NCBI GenBank assembly: GCA_963840035.1
Contig: CAWIXE010000002.1
Coordinates: 64,001 to 128,000 of the forward strand
Reading direction: 5' to 3'
Length of the DNA: 64,000 bases
Origin: a candidate division FCPU426 bacterium
GTDB lineage: Bacteria; Oederibacteriota; PGYV01; Palsa-1178
Part shown: piece after piece, positions 10,639-20,874 of the stretch
Numbering within the stretch: position 1 is the first letter of the stretch
Layout: each line of letters opens with the position of its first letter
Position numbers and translations under genes: made by a program
The notes under the pieces: model-generated
Seen by the model: only the letters and a program-made list of their open reading frames with translations
Told to the model about the DNA's origin: nothing
Databases searched by the model: none

Positions 10639-10715
10639 CGTCACCCCCCACAAACCCTGTTGAACTTTCCCCCACCTTCCTTTATAATGATTTCACCAAA
10701 AAAAGGAGGCTCTTC

Positions 10716-12203
10716 ATGACTGATTTTAACGACAAAACACCGTCCTGGGCAAAAAACGCCACGGGATATCTCTGTTTTGTCGACAGTTTTGCCTCCTCTG
10801 TCCCCGACCCTGACGGGAAAAAGACTCCTTACACAGGCACTGCCTACGGACAGGAAATGATGAAGCTTAAATGGCATGAGACAGACCCTACGCTTCACCA
10901 CAACAGCGGTTTTTACGGGGGGGACCTTGCGGGCGCTGCTTACGCTGCTTCTTATCTGGCTGACCTCGGCATTGACATGGTTTACTTCACGCCCATATTT
11001 AAAGCAGTCAGTAATCATAAATATGACACCCTTGATTTTAAGATGATAGATCCTCAATTTGGCACCATTGATGACTTCAAACGTCTCGTTGATACATACC
11101 ATTCAAAAGGAATTCGCGTTATTTTAGACGGTGTTTTCAACCATACCAGCTCAGAGCATGAGTGGTATAAAAATGCAAAAGAAGGTGACTTAAGTTATAA
11201 GAATATGTATAAGGTAAATGAAGACGGCTATGTGATAGTGTGGAACGGCATTGAGACATTGCCGGTTTTAAACCATGATAATCCCGATGTCAGGGAATAC
11301 TTTTATGACGGGGCTGAGAGCGTGGTAAAGTACTGGTTAAAGCAGGGGGCTGACGGCTGGCGCCTGGATGTGGCAGAGCGTTTAGGCAAGGACACGCTTG
11401 CGCGCATAAGAAAGGCCGTGAAATCCTGCGGGGATGACAAGCTTTTGGCCGGCGAAGTCGTGGAAACATACGGAAAAGAATGGCTTGATAACGGGCTTTT
11501 GGACGCGGTGATGAACTACGCTTTCAGGGGGACCACGGCCAACTTCATGACAGGAAAAATAGACGCTAAAAACTACATGGAAGAGCTTGTGAAAATGTAC
11601 GAACAATACCCACGGGAGAAGCTCTACACCAGCTGGAACCTCATATCCACGCATGACACCAACAGGATGCTTTTTGACGTCGGCAATGACGAGGGCGCCT
11701 TCAAGCTCGCTGCTGTACTGCAGTTCACTTACCCCGGGATACCCATGATATATTACGGCGACGAGCTTGGCAGCGAAAAAGGCGAGAAGGAAACCCAGAA
11801 CAGGATGGGGCATGACTGGGAAGTGATAAACAGCCGCGGCAAATATTCGGCCGCGCGCGCCATGGAATGGGATAAAATAAGAAAATATAACAGTTATCAT
11901 GAGTTCTACAAGCACCTGATATGGCTCAGAAAGGCCTTTGCCTGTGTTTCTTCCGGAGATTTCCTGCCGGCATGCGCGCAGGGCGATGTCATGGCTTTTT
12001 TCAGGCATTCTGACAGAGGCACCGCGTTCATCATAATAAATAAGGGGCTTGATGTTTCTGTTAAGTTAAAAGTGCCCGAACAGGTGCTAAAAAACAACCT
12101 GGATCTAAAATGCGTTTACGGCGGGAACGGTTATTTTAAGCCGCGCTCCGCTGAAATTGATTTTTATATAGGCGGGAAAAACGCCTATATATTCGCGGGG
12201 TAA
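10716..12203 (+). CDS. GH13 alpha-amylase family (neopullulanase/cyclomaltodextrinase-like)
   Basis: GGDL.G, SNHKYDT, DGVFNH, DGWRLDVA, GEV, STHDT, PGIPMIYYGDE. Confidence 0.9.
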   Translation: MTDFNDKTPSWAKNATGYLCFVDSFASSVPDPDGKKTPYTGTAYGQEMMKLKWHETDPTLHHNSGFYGGDLAGAAYAASYLADLGIDMVYFTPIFKAVSNHKYDTLDFKMIDPQFGTIDDFKRLVDTYHSKGIRVILDGVFNHTSSEHEWYKNAKEGDLSYKNMYKVNEDGYVIVWNGIETLPVLNHDNPDVREYFYDGAESVVKYWLKQGADGWRLDVAERLGKDTLARIRKAVKSCGDDKLLAGEVVETYGKEWLDNGLLDAVMNYAFRGTTANFMTGKIDAKNYMEELVKMYEQYPREKLYTSWNLISTHDTNRMLFDVGNDEGAFKLAAVLQFTYPGIPMIYYGDELGSEKGEKETQNRMGHDWEVINSRGKYSAARAMEWDKIRKYNSYHEFYKHLIWLRKAFACVSSGDFLPACAQGDVMAFFRHSDRGTAFIIINKGLDVSVKLKVPEQVLKNNLDLKCVYGGNGYFKPRSAEIDFYIGGKNAYIFAG

Positions 12204-12206
12204 GCC

Positions 12207-13865
12207 ATGAACGGTGATAATAAAATACGGATTTATCTGGCGGCTTTAGCAGCAGTGATAGTTATGGCCATATACACGCAGTGTTTATACCCTGTTTTTG
12301 CGGGCAATGACTCGCCTGAAACAATCGCAATGTGCAAAAATTTATGGCCGCAGCACCCCCCCGGGTATCCGCTGCATACCATGATCGGAAAGATAGCTTC
12401 ATATATACCGCTTGCCAATCCGGGTTTCAGGATCAACCTTTTTTCTGCTTTGCTTGCCGCCCTGACCGCGGTATTATTCATTATGCAGCCCTGTTTTACC
12501 CCGCTGGTTTCTTTTTGTGGCGCATTAATCCTGGCTTTTTCCTCTGTTTTCTGGGCGCAGGGAATAGAGGCTAAAGGCAGCGTGTACCTTCTCAATATTG
12601 TGCTGACACTGGCTGCTTTGATGTGCGCCGCAGGTTATGAGGACAGGCGAAAATTTTATCTGTTTTTCTTTTTGACGGGGCTGTCACTGTCCAACCACTA
12701 CATGAGCACTGCGGCGCTGTTTCCGGCAGCAGCATATCTGATCTATAAAAGGCCAAAAAAAATGGCACCGGCTTTTTTGTTGCTTATTATTGGCATTACA
12801 CCCTATATTTTTCTTCCGTTAAGGTCATGGGCCGCAGCTCCTCCGAGATGGGGGGACGCTTCTACGCTGGATGGATTCATATTCATGGTAACGAGAGCCG
12901 GGTACCCGTCTTTTCAGGGGCCTGATTTAAAAAGCGTATTATTCCAGCTGGGTTCCATGGCGTCCGGGTTTTTTGACAGTTTTTCTTTCATCCTGCTGGC
13001 AGTCCTGCCCGGCATATATTTTGCATTTAGAAAACACAGAGAGCTGTTTTGGTTCCTGGTGTGCGTGGTCACAGTCAATATATCCACAGTTGTCCTCTTT
13101 AACCAGGTTCCAAAAAATTCCCCATGGTTCATCCCGATCTATCTGCTGCCGTCAGCGCTTGCGGCGGTTTATTTTATTGCCTTTGCGCTGGATGCGGCAA
13201 GAGCTTACCTGCAGCATAGAAAAATATTTGCTTCGGTCATGGTGCTTGTATTTCCTGCCGTACTTTTATTTTCGAATTATGGAAAGAACAGCATGTCAGG
13301 CAACCTCCTGTCATATGATTTCGTCAAAAATATGTCCCTTACCATGGATAAAAACCCGCTTTACCTTCCTGTGGGGGATTTTTCTTCCATGCCGTTTTAT
13401 TATGTATGTAACGCTGTTGATAACAGCCAGGGGATAGACATGCTGGATATCTGCAGTATGGGATACGATTTTGGCAGGGAAGATCTTTATAAAGTAACGG
13501 GCATGAAAACAAACGCGGCGGATGAAATGACGGCGAGATTCAGGGAGTTATCAAAAAAACACACTATTTACAGGGTAATATTTTCCATCGAACAGGAGGA
13601 GAAGCATATAGAGCCTGAAAAATGGAAGCCTTACGGTCTTCTTTTCAGGTATGGAGCCGTAAAGAGCGGGATTGCTATTTTTGACAGGTATTCATACAGG
13701 GGCATATATTATCCGGCAAGGCCGCGGGCTGATTTTGAAAACGGTATAATACTTTTTTACCCGTTAGCCATGGCGCGTTTCTACAATGAAAAAGGAGGGG
13801 AAAAACTGATAAAAAAAGCCTCTATTTTTCCCGGCGTGCGTATGATAAAACAGGAAGTAAAATAA
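12207..13865 (+). CDS. DUF2723-family GT-C membrane protein (TMEM260-like putative O-mannosyltransferase)
   Basis: DSPE...HPPGYPL...RINLFS...FWAQ...VY.L...GLSLSNH motifs; many TM helices. Confidence 0.8.
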   Translation: MNGDNKIRIYLAALAAVIVMAIYTQCLYPVFAGNDSPETIAMCKNLWPQHPPGYPLHTMIGKIASYIPLANPGFRINLFSALLAALTAVLFIMQPCFTPLVSFCGALILAFSSVFWAQGIEAKGSVYLLNIVLTLAALMCAAGYEDRRKFYLFFFLTGLSLSNHYMSTAALFPAAAYLIYKRPKKMAPAFLLLIIGITPYIFLPLRSWAAAPPRWGDASTLDGFIFMVTRAGYPSFQGPDLKSVLFQLGSMASGFFDSFSFILLAVLPGIYFAFRKHRELFWFLVCVVTVNISTVVLFNQVPKNSPWFIPIYLLPSALAAVYFIAFALDAARAYLQHRKIFASVMVLVFPAVLLFSNYGKNSMSGNLLSYDFVKNMSLTMDKNPLYLPVGDFSSMPFYYVCNAVDNSQGIDMLDICSMGYDFGREDLYKVTGMKTNAADEMTARFRELSKKHTIYRVIFSIEQEEKHIEPEKWKPYGLLFRYGAVKSGIAIFDRYSYRGIYYPARPRADFENGIILFYPLAMARFYNEKGGEKLIKKASIFPGVRMIKQEVK

Positions 13866-13927
13866 AAAGGAACAAATAACACCGGTTTTTGTCTAAATAC
13901 AATACACATCTTATACGGGAGGGGTTC

Positions 13928-15301
13928 TTGAAGCTTATAAGGTTTTTTCTGACAGCGCTGTTTTTTCTTCAGGGTTCTGCTGCGTTTTGTGCCATGACCA
14001 TAACGGAATCCAACAATGCCGTTTTGCTGGCAAACCAGCTTGTTTTGCCGGGAAGCGGAATCACCATAACAAGCGCGTCACTCAATGCGTCAAGCGCGTA
14101 TTACCCGTGCGGGCTGTTTTACGGCGGGCCGTTCGGAATTTTTGACGGTATAATAATGACAACCGGAAAAGCGCAATACGCGCTTCCGCCGGACGGTTAT
14201 GTAAACGACTATTACGGATATGGCAACGGCATCCCGGGGAATGATATCGTATATAGCATTTTGAACATGCCTGTGGGAACTACCGATCCCGCTGTATATG
14301 ATACTTCCATCCTAACATTGACATTTGATGTTGCTGCGGATATAAAATCCCTGCTTTTTGATTTTGTTTTCGGATCGGAGGAATACCCTGACTGGATAGA
14401 TGAGGGATATAACGACGCTTTCGGGGCTTTTTTAAACGGGACACAGGTGGTTTTTGATTCTTTTGGCAAGCCTGTCACGGTAAGCGGGGCGTATTTTTCC
14501 GCGGCCTACGTGCAGAAACCCCCGGTAAACGGGATGCAGTATAACGGATCCACAATGCTGCTGACTACCGCGGTGCAGGTTACACCGGGGTCCACCGGAA
14601 ATGTCCTGCAGTTCGTCATATCGGATGTCGCCGACTTCATATATGACAGCGGCGTGCTTTTATCCAGGCTGCGGGGAATAAAGGAAATAGTGACCCCGGG
14701 GACTGATCATTTTACGCCTACATCCACAGCGACGCGTACATCCACGCCGACCTATACTGCCACCCCGACACGGACGTTTACTCTCACCAGCACAAACACA
14801 AAGACTTTTACAGCCACGCCCACCATGAGCATGACTTTTACAAATACCGGAACTTTTACAGATACGCGTACAGCTACGCCTACATTTACGCATACCCCGA
14901 CCCATACAGCGACGCAGACATTTACATCGACGCCTACCATTACGCTGACATTTACATCGACACCAACGCATACAGTCACGCCTACATTTACCGCGACGCC
15001 GCCGCCATTTATTATCAGGCTTGAAGGAAACTTTCCCAACCCTTTCAGGGATAAAACGCACATAGTTTACTGGCTCTCCGTTGACGCCGAGGTGAAGATA
15101 AAAGTCTTTACCGTCTCCGGCGAGGTGGTCTATTTTAATGACGAACTGCCTGGAAAATCGGGATATAACGACTTTTTCTGGGACGGCAGGAACAGGGCGT
15201 CGAAGCCTGTTTCCTCCGGCGTTTTTATTTACAGGGTTTACGCCTCGACGCGCAACGACCCGGAACATGTATGTACATCAAAGATGGCGTGTGTTAAATA
15301 G
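13928..15301 (+). CDS. Secreted protein: choice-of-anchor L-like domain, Thr-rich linker, FlgD-Ig/T9SS-CTD-like C-terminus
   Basis: GGAGGGG then TTG 13928; [13 protein letters not shown]...YNDAFG...DSGV; ~95-aa TxT repeat; NFPNPF...KVFTVSGE...WDGRN...VSSGVFIY. Confidence 0.8.
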   Translation: MKLIRFFLTALFFLQGSAAFCAMTITESNNAVLLANQLVLPGSGITITSASLNASSAYYPCGLFYGGPFGIFDGIIMTTGKAQYALPPDGYVNDYYGYGNGIPGNDIVYSILNMPVGTTDPAVYDTSILTLTFDVAADIKSLLFDFVFGSEEYPDWIDEGYNDAFGAFLNGTQVVFDSFGKPVTVSGAYFSAAYVQKPPVNGMQYNGSTMLLTTAVQVTPGSTGNVLQFVISDVADFIYDSGVLLSRLRGIKEIVTPGTDHFTPTSTATRTSTPTYTATPTRTFTLTSTNTKTFTATPTMSMTFTNTGTFTDTRTATPTFTHTPTHTATQTFTSTPTITLTFTSTPTHTVTPTFTATPPPFIIRLEGNFPNPFRDKTHIVYWLSVDAEVKIKVFTVSGEVVYFNDELPGKSGYNDFFWDGRNRASKPVSSGVFIYRVYASTRNDPEHVCTSKMACVK

Positions 15302-15367
15302 CCATTGAAAAAAATCCGGCTACTTGCTACAATTTCAGTGTCAATAGAATAACAATTGGAGCGTGTT

Positions 15368-15739
15368 ATGCCGGAAGGCGACATAGTATATGAAAGGCGC
15401 AGGCACTTCAGGGCCCAGAAGGTCCTTCACATAAAGTATAAGATCATGGCCGGTGAAGAGTATGAAAAGCATACCCCGGACATGGATGTAAAAAGGTCTG
15501 TTGTAAGCGAGGATATTTCCACATCGGGACTGCAGCTCATATGCGACGAGGAAATGAAACTAGATAAAGTGGTAAGGCTGGACGTGGAACTCGACAGCGC
15601 AACGCCGCTTGCGACCTTCGCGGAAGTCAGGTGGGTCAGGTACGATGAAAAGCTGAAAAAGTTCAGGATAGGCCTGCAGTTCCTGGTAATAAAAGAAGAT
15701 CATATATTAGCCATTAAGAAATTGACGGGGGAATTGTAG
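15368..15739 (+). CDS. PilZ-domain protein (c-di-GMP receptor)
   Basis: ERRRHFR (RxxxR) and DISTSG (DxSxxG) motifs. Confidence 0.85.
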   Translation: MPEGDIVYERRRHFRAQKVLHIKYKIMAGEEYEKHTPDMDVKRSVVSEDISTSGLQLICDEEMKLDKVVRLDVELDSATPLATFAEVRWVRYDEKLKKFRIGLQFLVIKEDHILAIKKLTGEL

Positions 15740-15864
15740 ATACAAGCGCGCGGATAATTCTTGTCATACTCATAAATTCACGAAAATCCCGGTTTTTCGG
15801 CAAATAAAACTCTTATTAAATATGACTAAAAAACGTTTTGAAAGTATTACGTTAATTATTGCAA

Positions 15865-15893
15865 TTGACAGTCGTATAATTAGCATATATAAT
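15865..15893 (+). promoter_or_regulatory. sigma70 promoter of pilT-pilC
   Basis: Perfect TTGACA-17 nt-TATAAT. Confidence 0.8.
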
Positions 15894-15934
15894 ATATGGA
15901 CAGGAATACGCTAAAAATCTTTCTGGAGGTTTAA

Positions 15935-17020
15935 ATGGTAAATATAGACACAATGCTCCGGGTAATGTTTGAAAAAGGCGCTTCAGACCTGCACATCACC
16001 GTAGGTGTCCCCCCTATGTTCCGCATAGACGGCGAGATGGTGGCTTCTGAATTTGAAAAAATGAGGCCGGATGACTGCCAGCACGTAATTTACTCCATAT
16101 TAACGGACGAGCAGAAAGAAAAATTTGAGAGGGAAAATGAACTTGATATATCTTTCGGCGTGGAAGGCATAGGACGCGTCAGGATGAACGTATTCAAGCA
16201 GCGCGGCGCTGTAGCCGCGGCCCTGCGTAACATTCCCATGCATATCTTAAGTTTTGACGAGCTCGGGCTGCCGCCGGCAATAACCGACATAGTAAAAACT
16301 CCAAAGGGCCTCATTCTCGTAACAGGCCCGACCGGCTCGGGAAAATCAACTACCCTCGCGTCAATGATTGACTGGATCAATTCGCACGAAGCCGGGCATA
16401 TCATGACCATAGAGGACCCCATTGAGTACATTCACACGCATAAGAACTGCATCGTCAACCAGCGCGAAGTGGGCACTGATACGGCGACGTTTGTAAGCGC
16501 GTTAAAGTACGTCTTAAGGCAGGACCCGGATGTGATCTTAGTCGGTGAAATGAGGGACTTGGAGACGATAAGCGCGGCGCTGACCATCGCGGAAACAGGC
16601 CACCTTGTATTCGGAACGCTCCATACCCCGGATGCCGTACAGGCCATTAACCGCATCATTGACGTTTTCCCGGCGCACCAGCAGCAGCAGGTACGCGCGC
16701 AGATATCCTTTACGCTTCAGGCTGTTGTTTCGCAGCAGCTGCTTCCGAAGGCCTATTCAACAGGAAGGGTAATAGCGACGGAAATCCTCATTTCAAATTT
16801 TGCCATAAAGAACCTTATCAGGGAAGAAAAAGTACACCAGATATACTCCATAATGCAGACCGGCACGGAATACGGCATGAGGACCATGAATTCCTCGCTT
16901 GCCGAACTGTATCAGAAACAGCTTGTAACATACAATGAAATTTTTGCCAGAACCACCGACCCTAAGGACCTGCAGAGGATAGTTACAACATCCACGGGCG
17001 GCGGCGGAAGCACGTATTAA
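15935..17020 (+). CDS. pilT: Type IV pilus retraction ATPase PilT
   Basis: ASDLH, GPTGSGKSTT, TIEDPIE, LRQDPD, AETGHLVFGTLHT, AIKNLIRE. Confidence 0.95.
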   Translation: MVNIDTMLRVMFEKGASDLHITVGVPPMFRIDGEMVASEFEKMRPDDCQHVIYSILTDEQKEKFERENELDISFGVEGIGRVRMNVFKQRGAVAAALRNIPMHILSFDELGLPPAITDIVKTPKGLILVTGPTGSGKSTTLASMIDWINSHEAGHIMTIEDPIEYIHTHKNCIVNQREVGTDTATFVSALKYVLRQDPDVILVGEMRDLETISAALTIAETGHLVFGTLHTPDAVQAINRIIDVFPAHQQQQVRAQISFTLQAVVSQQLLPKAYSTGRVIATEILISNFAIKNLIREEKVHQIYSIMQTGTEYGMRTMNSSLAELYQKQLVTYNEIFARTTDPKDLQRIVTTSTGGGGSTY

Positions 17021-17021
17021 G

Positions 17022-17102
17022 AAATTTACAATTGACAATTAATAGGGACAGGTTGACCCGTTGCCGGTTGAAATTGTAAATTGAAAATAGTAAATTGAAA
17101 AT
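17022..17102. repeat. Inverted pair of heptamer arrays between pilT and pilC
   Basis: aatttac aattgac aattaat ... tgaaat tgtaaat tgaaaat agtaaat tgaaaat. Confidence 0.65.
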
Positions 17103-17121
17103 CTGATCCACGGAGGAAACT

Positions 17122-18324
17122 GTGGCGAATTTTTCTTACAAGGCAAAGACACCTGACGGCAGGGTTATAGAGGGGCAGATTGACGCTGCTGACGAAGCTG
17201 CCTTACAGAATATAATGAAACAGCAGAAGCTTGTGATTGTTTCTATTGTAAAAACAGGCGGATTGGCGTCTATATTTAACATGGGGCCAAAGGTACTGAC
17301 TTCTGAAATTTCGATTTTCTCCAGGCAGTTTTCCACCATGATTACAGCCGGACTGCCCGTACTGCAGGCGCTCAGCATACTGTGCGACCAGCAGGAGGAT
17401 AAGATTTTTAAGGGAGTTCTCACCAAGATAAGGGATGATATAGGAAGCGGAGCTAACCTTTCGGACGCCATGATGAAATTCCCGAGCGTTTTTTCCACGC
17501 TGTACTGCAATATGATAAAAGCGGGAGAACTTTCAGGCTCCCTGGACCAGATATTGGACAGGCTCTCAACATACCTTGAAAAAGCAGAGGCTCTTCAGTC
17601 AAAGATAAAAGGCGCTCTTACTTATCCCGCCACTATTTCAGTCATCGCTTTAATAATCATAATAATACTTCTTGTAAAGGTTGTTCCTTCATTCAAGGCT
17701 GTTTTTGAGTCATTCGGGGGTAAATTGCCGGCTATGACTATGTACCTTTTGAATGCCAGCGAATTTGAACAAAAATACGCCATTTATCAGGTGATTGCAA
17801 TTGGCGCAATAGTATTTGGGATAACCATCTTAAAGAGGACGGAAAAAGGCGGTATGGTAATCGATAGATTAATGTTAAAAATGCCGGTGTTCGGGTTGCT
17901 TATAAAGAAGCAGACCGTTGCCAGGTTCGCCAGGACGCTCGGAACCCTCTTAAAGTCCGGGGTAGGCATCCTTGACGCGCTGGATACTGTCGCCAGGTCA
18001 TCCGGAAACAAAGTTGTAGAAAAAGCGCTTATGGATACAAGGTCGGCAGTCAGGGAAGGCCAGAGCTTAACAGAGCCGATGAAGGCTACGGGATTGTTTC
18101 CAACCATGGTCACCCAGATGGTTGCCGTAGGCGAGGAAACCGGCAAGTTAGACGAGATGTTGCTGCGCATGTCGGACTTTTACGACGCCGAGGTTGATAC
18201 GGCTGTTGATTCCATAATGGCCATGATTGAGCCTATGATTATGGCTTTTTTAGGTGTGACAATTGGTTATCTGGTTATTGCCATGTTCCTGCCGATGATG
18301 TCAATGGGACAGATGGTAAAATAA
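17122..18324 (+). CDS. pilC: Type IV pilus platform protein PilC (T2SS F family)
   Basis: FSRQFSTMI.AGLP, GELSGSLD, ALTYP, VGEETGKLD, MIEP. Confidence 0.93.
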   Translation: MANFSYKAKTPDGRVIEGQIDAADEAALQNIMKQQKLVIVSIVKTGGLASIFNMGPKVLTSEISIFSRQFSTMITAGLPVLQALSILCDQQEDKIFKGVLTKIRDDIGSGANLSDAMMKFPSVFSTLYCNMIKAGELSGSLDQILDRLSTYLEKAEALQSKIKGALTYPATISVIALIIIIILLVKVVPSFKAVFESFGGKLPAMTMYLLNASEFEQKYAIYQVIAIGAIVFGITILKRTEKGGMVIDRLMLKMPVFGLLIKKQTVARFARTLGTLLKSGVGILDALDTVARSSGNKVVEKALMDTRSAVREGQSLTEPMKATGLFPTMVTQMVAVGEETGKLDEMLLRMSDFYDAEVDTAVDSIMAMIEPMIMAFLGVTIGYLVIAMFLPMMSMGQMVK

Positions 18325-18345
18325 GACAAAATATTTTCAAAATAC

Positions 18346-18374
18346 TTGACAAAGGTCTAAATGGACAGTATAAT
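18346..18374 (+). promoter_or_regulatory. sigma70 promoter of the major pilin
   Basis: Perfect TTGACA-17 nt-TATAAT. Confidence 0.8.
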
Positions 18375-18418
18375 TGTAGATAAGGAAGTACAAATCTAAT
18401 TAGAAGGAGGTGAAATTA

Positions 18419-18901
18419 ATGTTAAGAAGCAAAAAAGGTTTTACGCTTATCGAGCTTATGATCGTTGTTGCGATCATCGGCATCCTGGCGGCAGTAGCAA
18501 TCCCGAAGTTCGCTGACATGTTGGAAAAAGCGAGGGAAGGTGCCACCAAGGGTAATGCAGGAGCATTGAAATCGGCAGTTTCCATTTATTACGGTGATAA
18601 CACAGGTGCTTGGCCGGGAGGTATTGGTACAAGTTCTTCAGATGCAGCAACATACAATTCCTTCTTCACGAAATACATGGACAAGTTACCTCCTGTTAAA
18701 GTAACACACCCGGGGAGTGGAGCTCAGTTAGCCGGATCCAAAACCGACGTTACAGTTATTAGCACCACAGCACCACCGCAGATTCTCAAAACGACTGCAG
18801 AGGATGGCTGGAGGTATAATAAACTGACCGGCGACGTTTGGGTAAACAATGGCCAGACAGACACAAAGACAGTGGAATACTCAACGTACGGATACGAATA
18901 A
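18419..18901 (+). CDS. pilA: Type IVa pilin (probable major pilin)
   Basis: KKG|FTLIELMIVVAIIGILAAVAIP class III signal; own promoter and terminator. Confidence 0.85.
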   Translation: MLRSKKGFTLIELMIVVAIIGILAAVAIPKFADMLEKAREGATKGNAGALKSAVSIYYGDNTGAWPGGIGTSSSDAATYNSFFTKYMDKLPPVKVTHPGSGAQLAGSKTDVTVISTTAPPQILKTTAEDGWRYNKLTGDVWVNNGQTDTKTVEYSTYGYE

Positions 18902-18918
18902 ACAGCAATTGTTAATAT

Positions 18919-18957
18919 AAAAGGGCCAGAAGTTTAACGACTTTTGGCCCTTTTTTT
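18919..18957 (+). terminator. Rho-independent terminator after the pilin
   Basis: aaagggccagaagt...acttttggccc followed by T7. Confidence 0.8.
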
Positions 18958-18979
18958 ATATCCCCAGGGAGGCGCCAAA

Positions 18980-19708
18980 CTGACTTTTATCATATATGCT
19001 GTTTTTAGCTTTGTTTTTGGCTCCATTATAGGGAGTTTCCTTAATGTGGTAATTTACCGCGTCCCTAAAAAACTTTCAATCGCTTTTCCGTCTTCATATT
19101 GCCCTGCCTGCAAAAAACCGATAAAATGGCATGATAATATGCCTGTTTTGAGCTTTTTAGCCCTTGGAGGCAAATGCAGGCAATGCGGCCATAAAATACC
19201 CTTTAAATACCCCCTGGTCGAATTCCTTACAGGATTGCTGTTCTTTCTAATTTTTCTTCATTTTGGGCTTGAAAAAATCTATTTTTTTTATATAATAATG
19301 GTAGGTTATCTGATAGCGCTATCGGTCATTGACATTGAAAAGAGAATAGTGCCTGACGTAATAATTGTATTTCTTTTCGTTACAGGCGCGCTATTTGGGG
19401 TTTTTGAGTTAAATAAAAATGTGACAATTTTTGACGGTATTATTGGCGCGGCGTCGGCGGGATTTGTGATATATGTTCTTAATTATTTCAGCAACGGCAA
19501 AATAGGGGAAGGCGACGTAAAACTTTTTATGGCGCTGGGTATGTGCCTGGGTCCGGTTGAAGCGCTGAAAGTAATATTATATTCTTTCATAATAGGCGGA
19601 ATTATATCCGGGTTGCTTTTGTTGACCGGCAGATACAGCAGGAAAGACGCGCTTGCTTTTGTCCCATTTATTGCGGCCGCATTCATAGTCAGGGTATTTT
19701 TACAGTAA
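18980..19708 (+). CDS. pilD: Prepilin peptidase (A24); probable CTG start
   Basis: GSFLNVVIYRVP, CPAC...CRQC, YPLVE, G.GDVKL, FVPFI; GGAGG lies 7 nt before CTG 18980. Confidence 0.88.
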   Translation: MTFIIYAVFSFVFGSIIGSFLNVVIYRVPKKLSIAFPSSYCPACKKPIKWHDNMPVLSFLALGGKCRQCGHKIPFKYPLVEFLTGLLFFLIFLHFGLEKIYFFYIIMVGYLIALSVIDIEKRIVPDVIIVFLFVTGALFGVFELNKNVTIFDGIIGAASAGFVIYVLNYFSNGKIGEGDVKLFMALGMCLGPVEALKVILYSFIIGGIISGLLLLTGRYSRKDALAFVPFIAAAFIVRVFLQ

Positions 19709-19752
19709 GGAGCCGAAACAGGGTTCCCTATAAAATATAACGGGAGAGTTTG

Positions 19753-20874
19753 ATGGGACTGTTTGAAGAAAGCATCATTGGCCTTGATATAGGGACTTCG
19801 ACCATTAAAGCCATTAAGCTCAAAAAGCTAAAAGAGGGCTTTGAACTTATCGGGGCTGAGATAATAAGCCTGTCTGCGGATTCCGTGGATGACCTTGACC
19901 CGGACGTAAGGCATTCACTGTACGTTAACACCATCAAGAAGATATCAAAATCAAAAAACCTGGCAAGCACAAAAGTAGTTACAGCCATTCCCGGCGATTC
20001 CGCCATCATAAGATACATTAAAGTTCCATACATGACCGAGGACGAACTTAAGAACATGATCCCGTACGACGCTGAGCAGTATATACCTCTGGGTATGGAC
20101 CAGGTGGTATTTGACTATAAGGTGCTTAATGAGATTGAAGAAGAAAACCAGAAAAAACTTGAAGTCCTTCTTGTGGCCGTAAAAAATGACACCATGAACC
20201 AGCACATATCGCTTTTAAAAGACGCGAAAGTCGAGCCGGTCTGCATAGATGTTGACGCGTTCGCGCTTTGTAACGCCTATGGATTAAACCTTTCGGATGA
20301 CTCGGACACGGGAGTGAAAGCGGATACCGTGGCCATCATTAACATGGGGTCCAAGTTCACCACGATCACAATAGCCGAAAAGGGCATACCCCACCTGACA
20401 CGTGATGTTAATATCGGCGGAAATAATTTCACAAAGGAAATACAGCGGGAATTTAATTTGAGTTTCTCGCAGGCTGAGGAGCTCAAAAAACAGCACGCTG
20501 TTATCATGGTCGAAAGCGAAGCTCTGTTGCTTTCCGCGTCGCCGTCAGGCGACGACGATAAAGGCTCAAGGATATTTGAGGCGATTACTCCCGCTTTAAA
20601 CAAGCTCTTAAATGACATAAGGCGTTCGTTTGACTATTATGAGTCCACGGTAAAAAGAAAACCAGTCCAGAAGATAATGCTCTCGGGCGGTTCTTCCAAG
20701 ATAAAAAACATAGACAGGTTCCTCTCCGAGAGGCTCGGGATACCGGTTGAGATCAATTATCCCTTCAAGAATATTAATATTAATTCCAAGAATTTTGATT
20801 TTGACTACCTGCGCGCCAATGCGGTCCACTTTAACGTGGCATTAGGCCTCGCGCTCAGGAAAGGCGTGAAGTAA
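19753..20874 (+). CDS. pilM: Type IV pilus assembly protein PilM
   Basis: IGLDIGTSTIK, actin-like fold motifs, GGNNFT, LSGGSS, VALGLALR. Confidence 0.92.
   Translation: MGLFEESIIGLDIGTSTIKAIKLKKLKEGFELIGAEIISLSADSVDDLDPDVRHSLYVNTIKKISKSKNLASTKVVTAIPGDSAIIRYIKVPYMTEDELKNMIPYDAEQYIPLGMDQVVFDYKVLNEIEEENQKKLEVLLVAVKNDTMNQHISLLKDAKVEPVCIDVDAFALCNAYGLNLSDDSDTGVKADTVAIINMGSKFTTITIAEKGIPHLTRDVNIGGNNFTKEIQREFNLSFSQAEELKKQHAVIMVESEALLLSASPSGDDDKGSRIFEAITPALNKLLNDIRRSFDYYESTVKRKPVQKIMLSGGSSKIKNIDRFLSERLGIPVEINYPFKNININSKNFDFDYLRANAVHFNVALGLALRKGVK

Noticed and set aside
14660..15268. Arg/Cys-rich and Val-rich minus-strand ORFs (also 60044-60286, 63434-63727)
   Set aside because: Antisense shadows of Thr-rich linkers.
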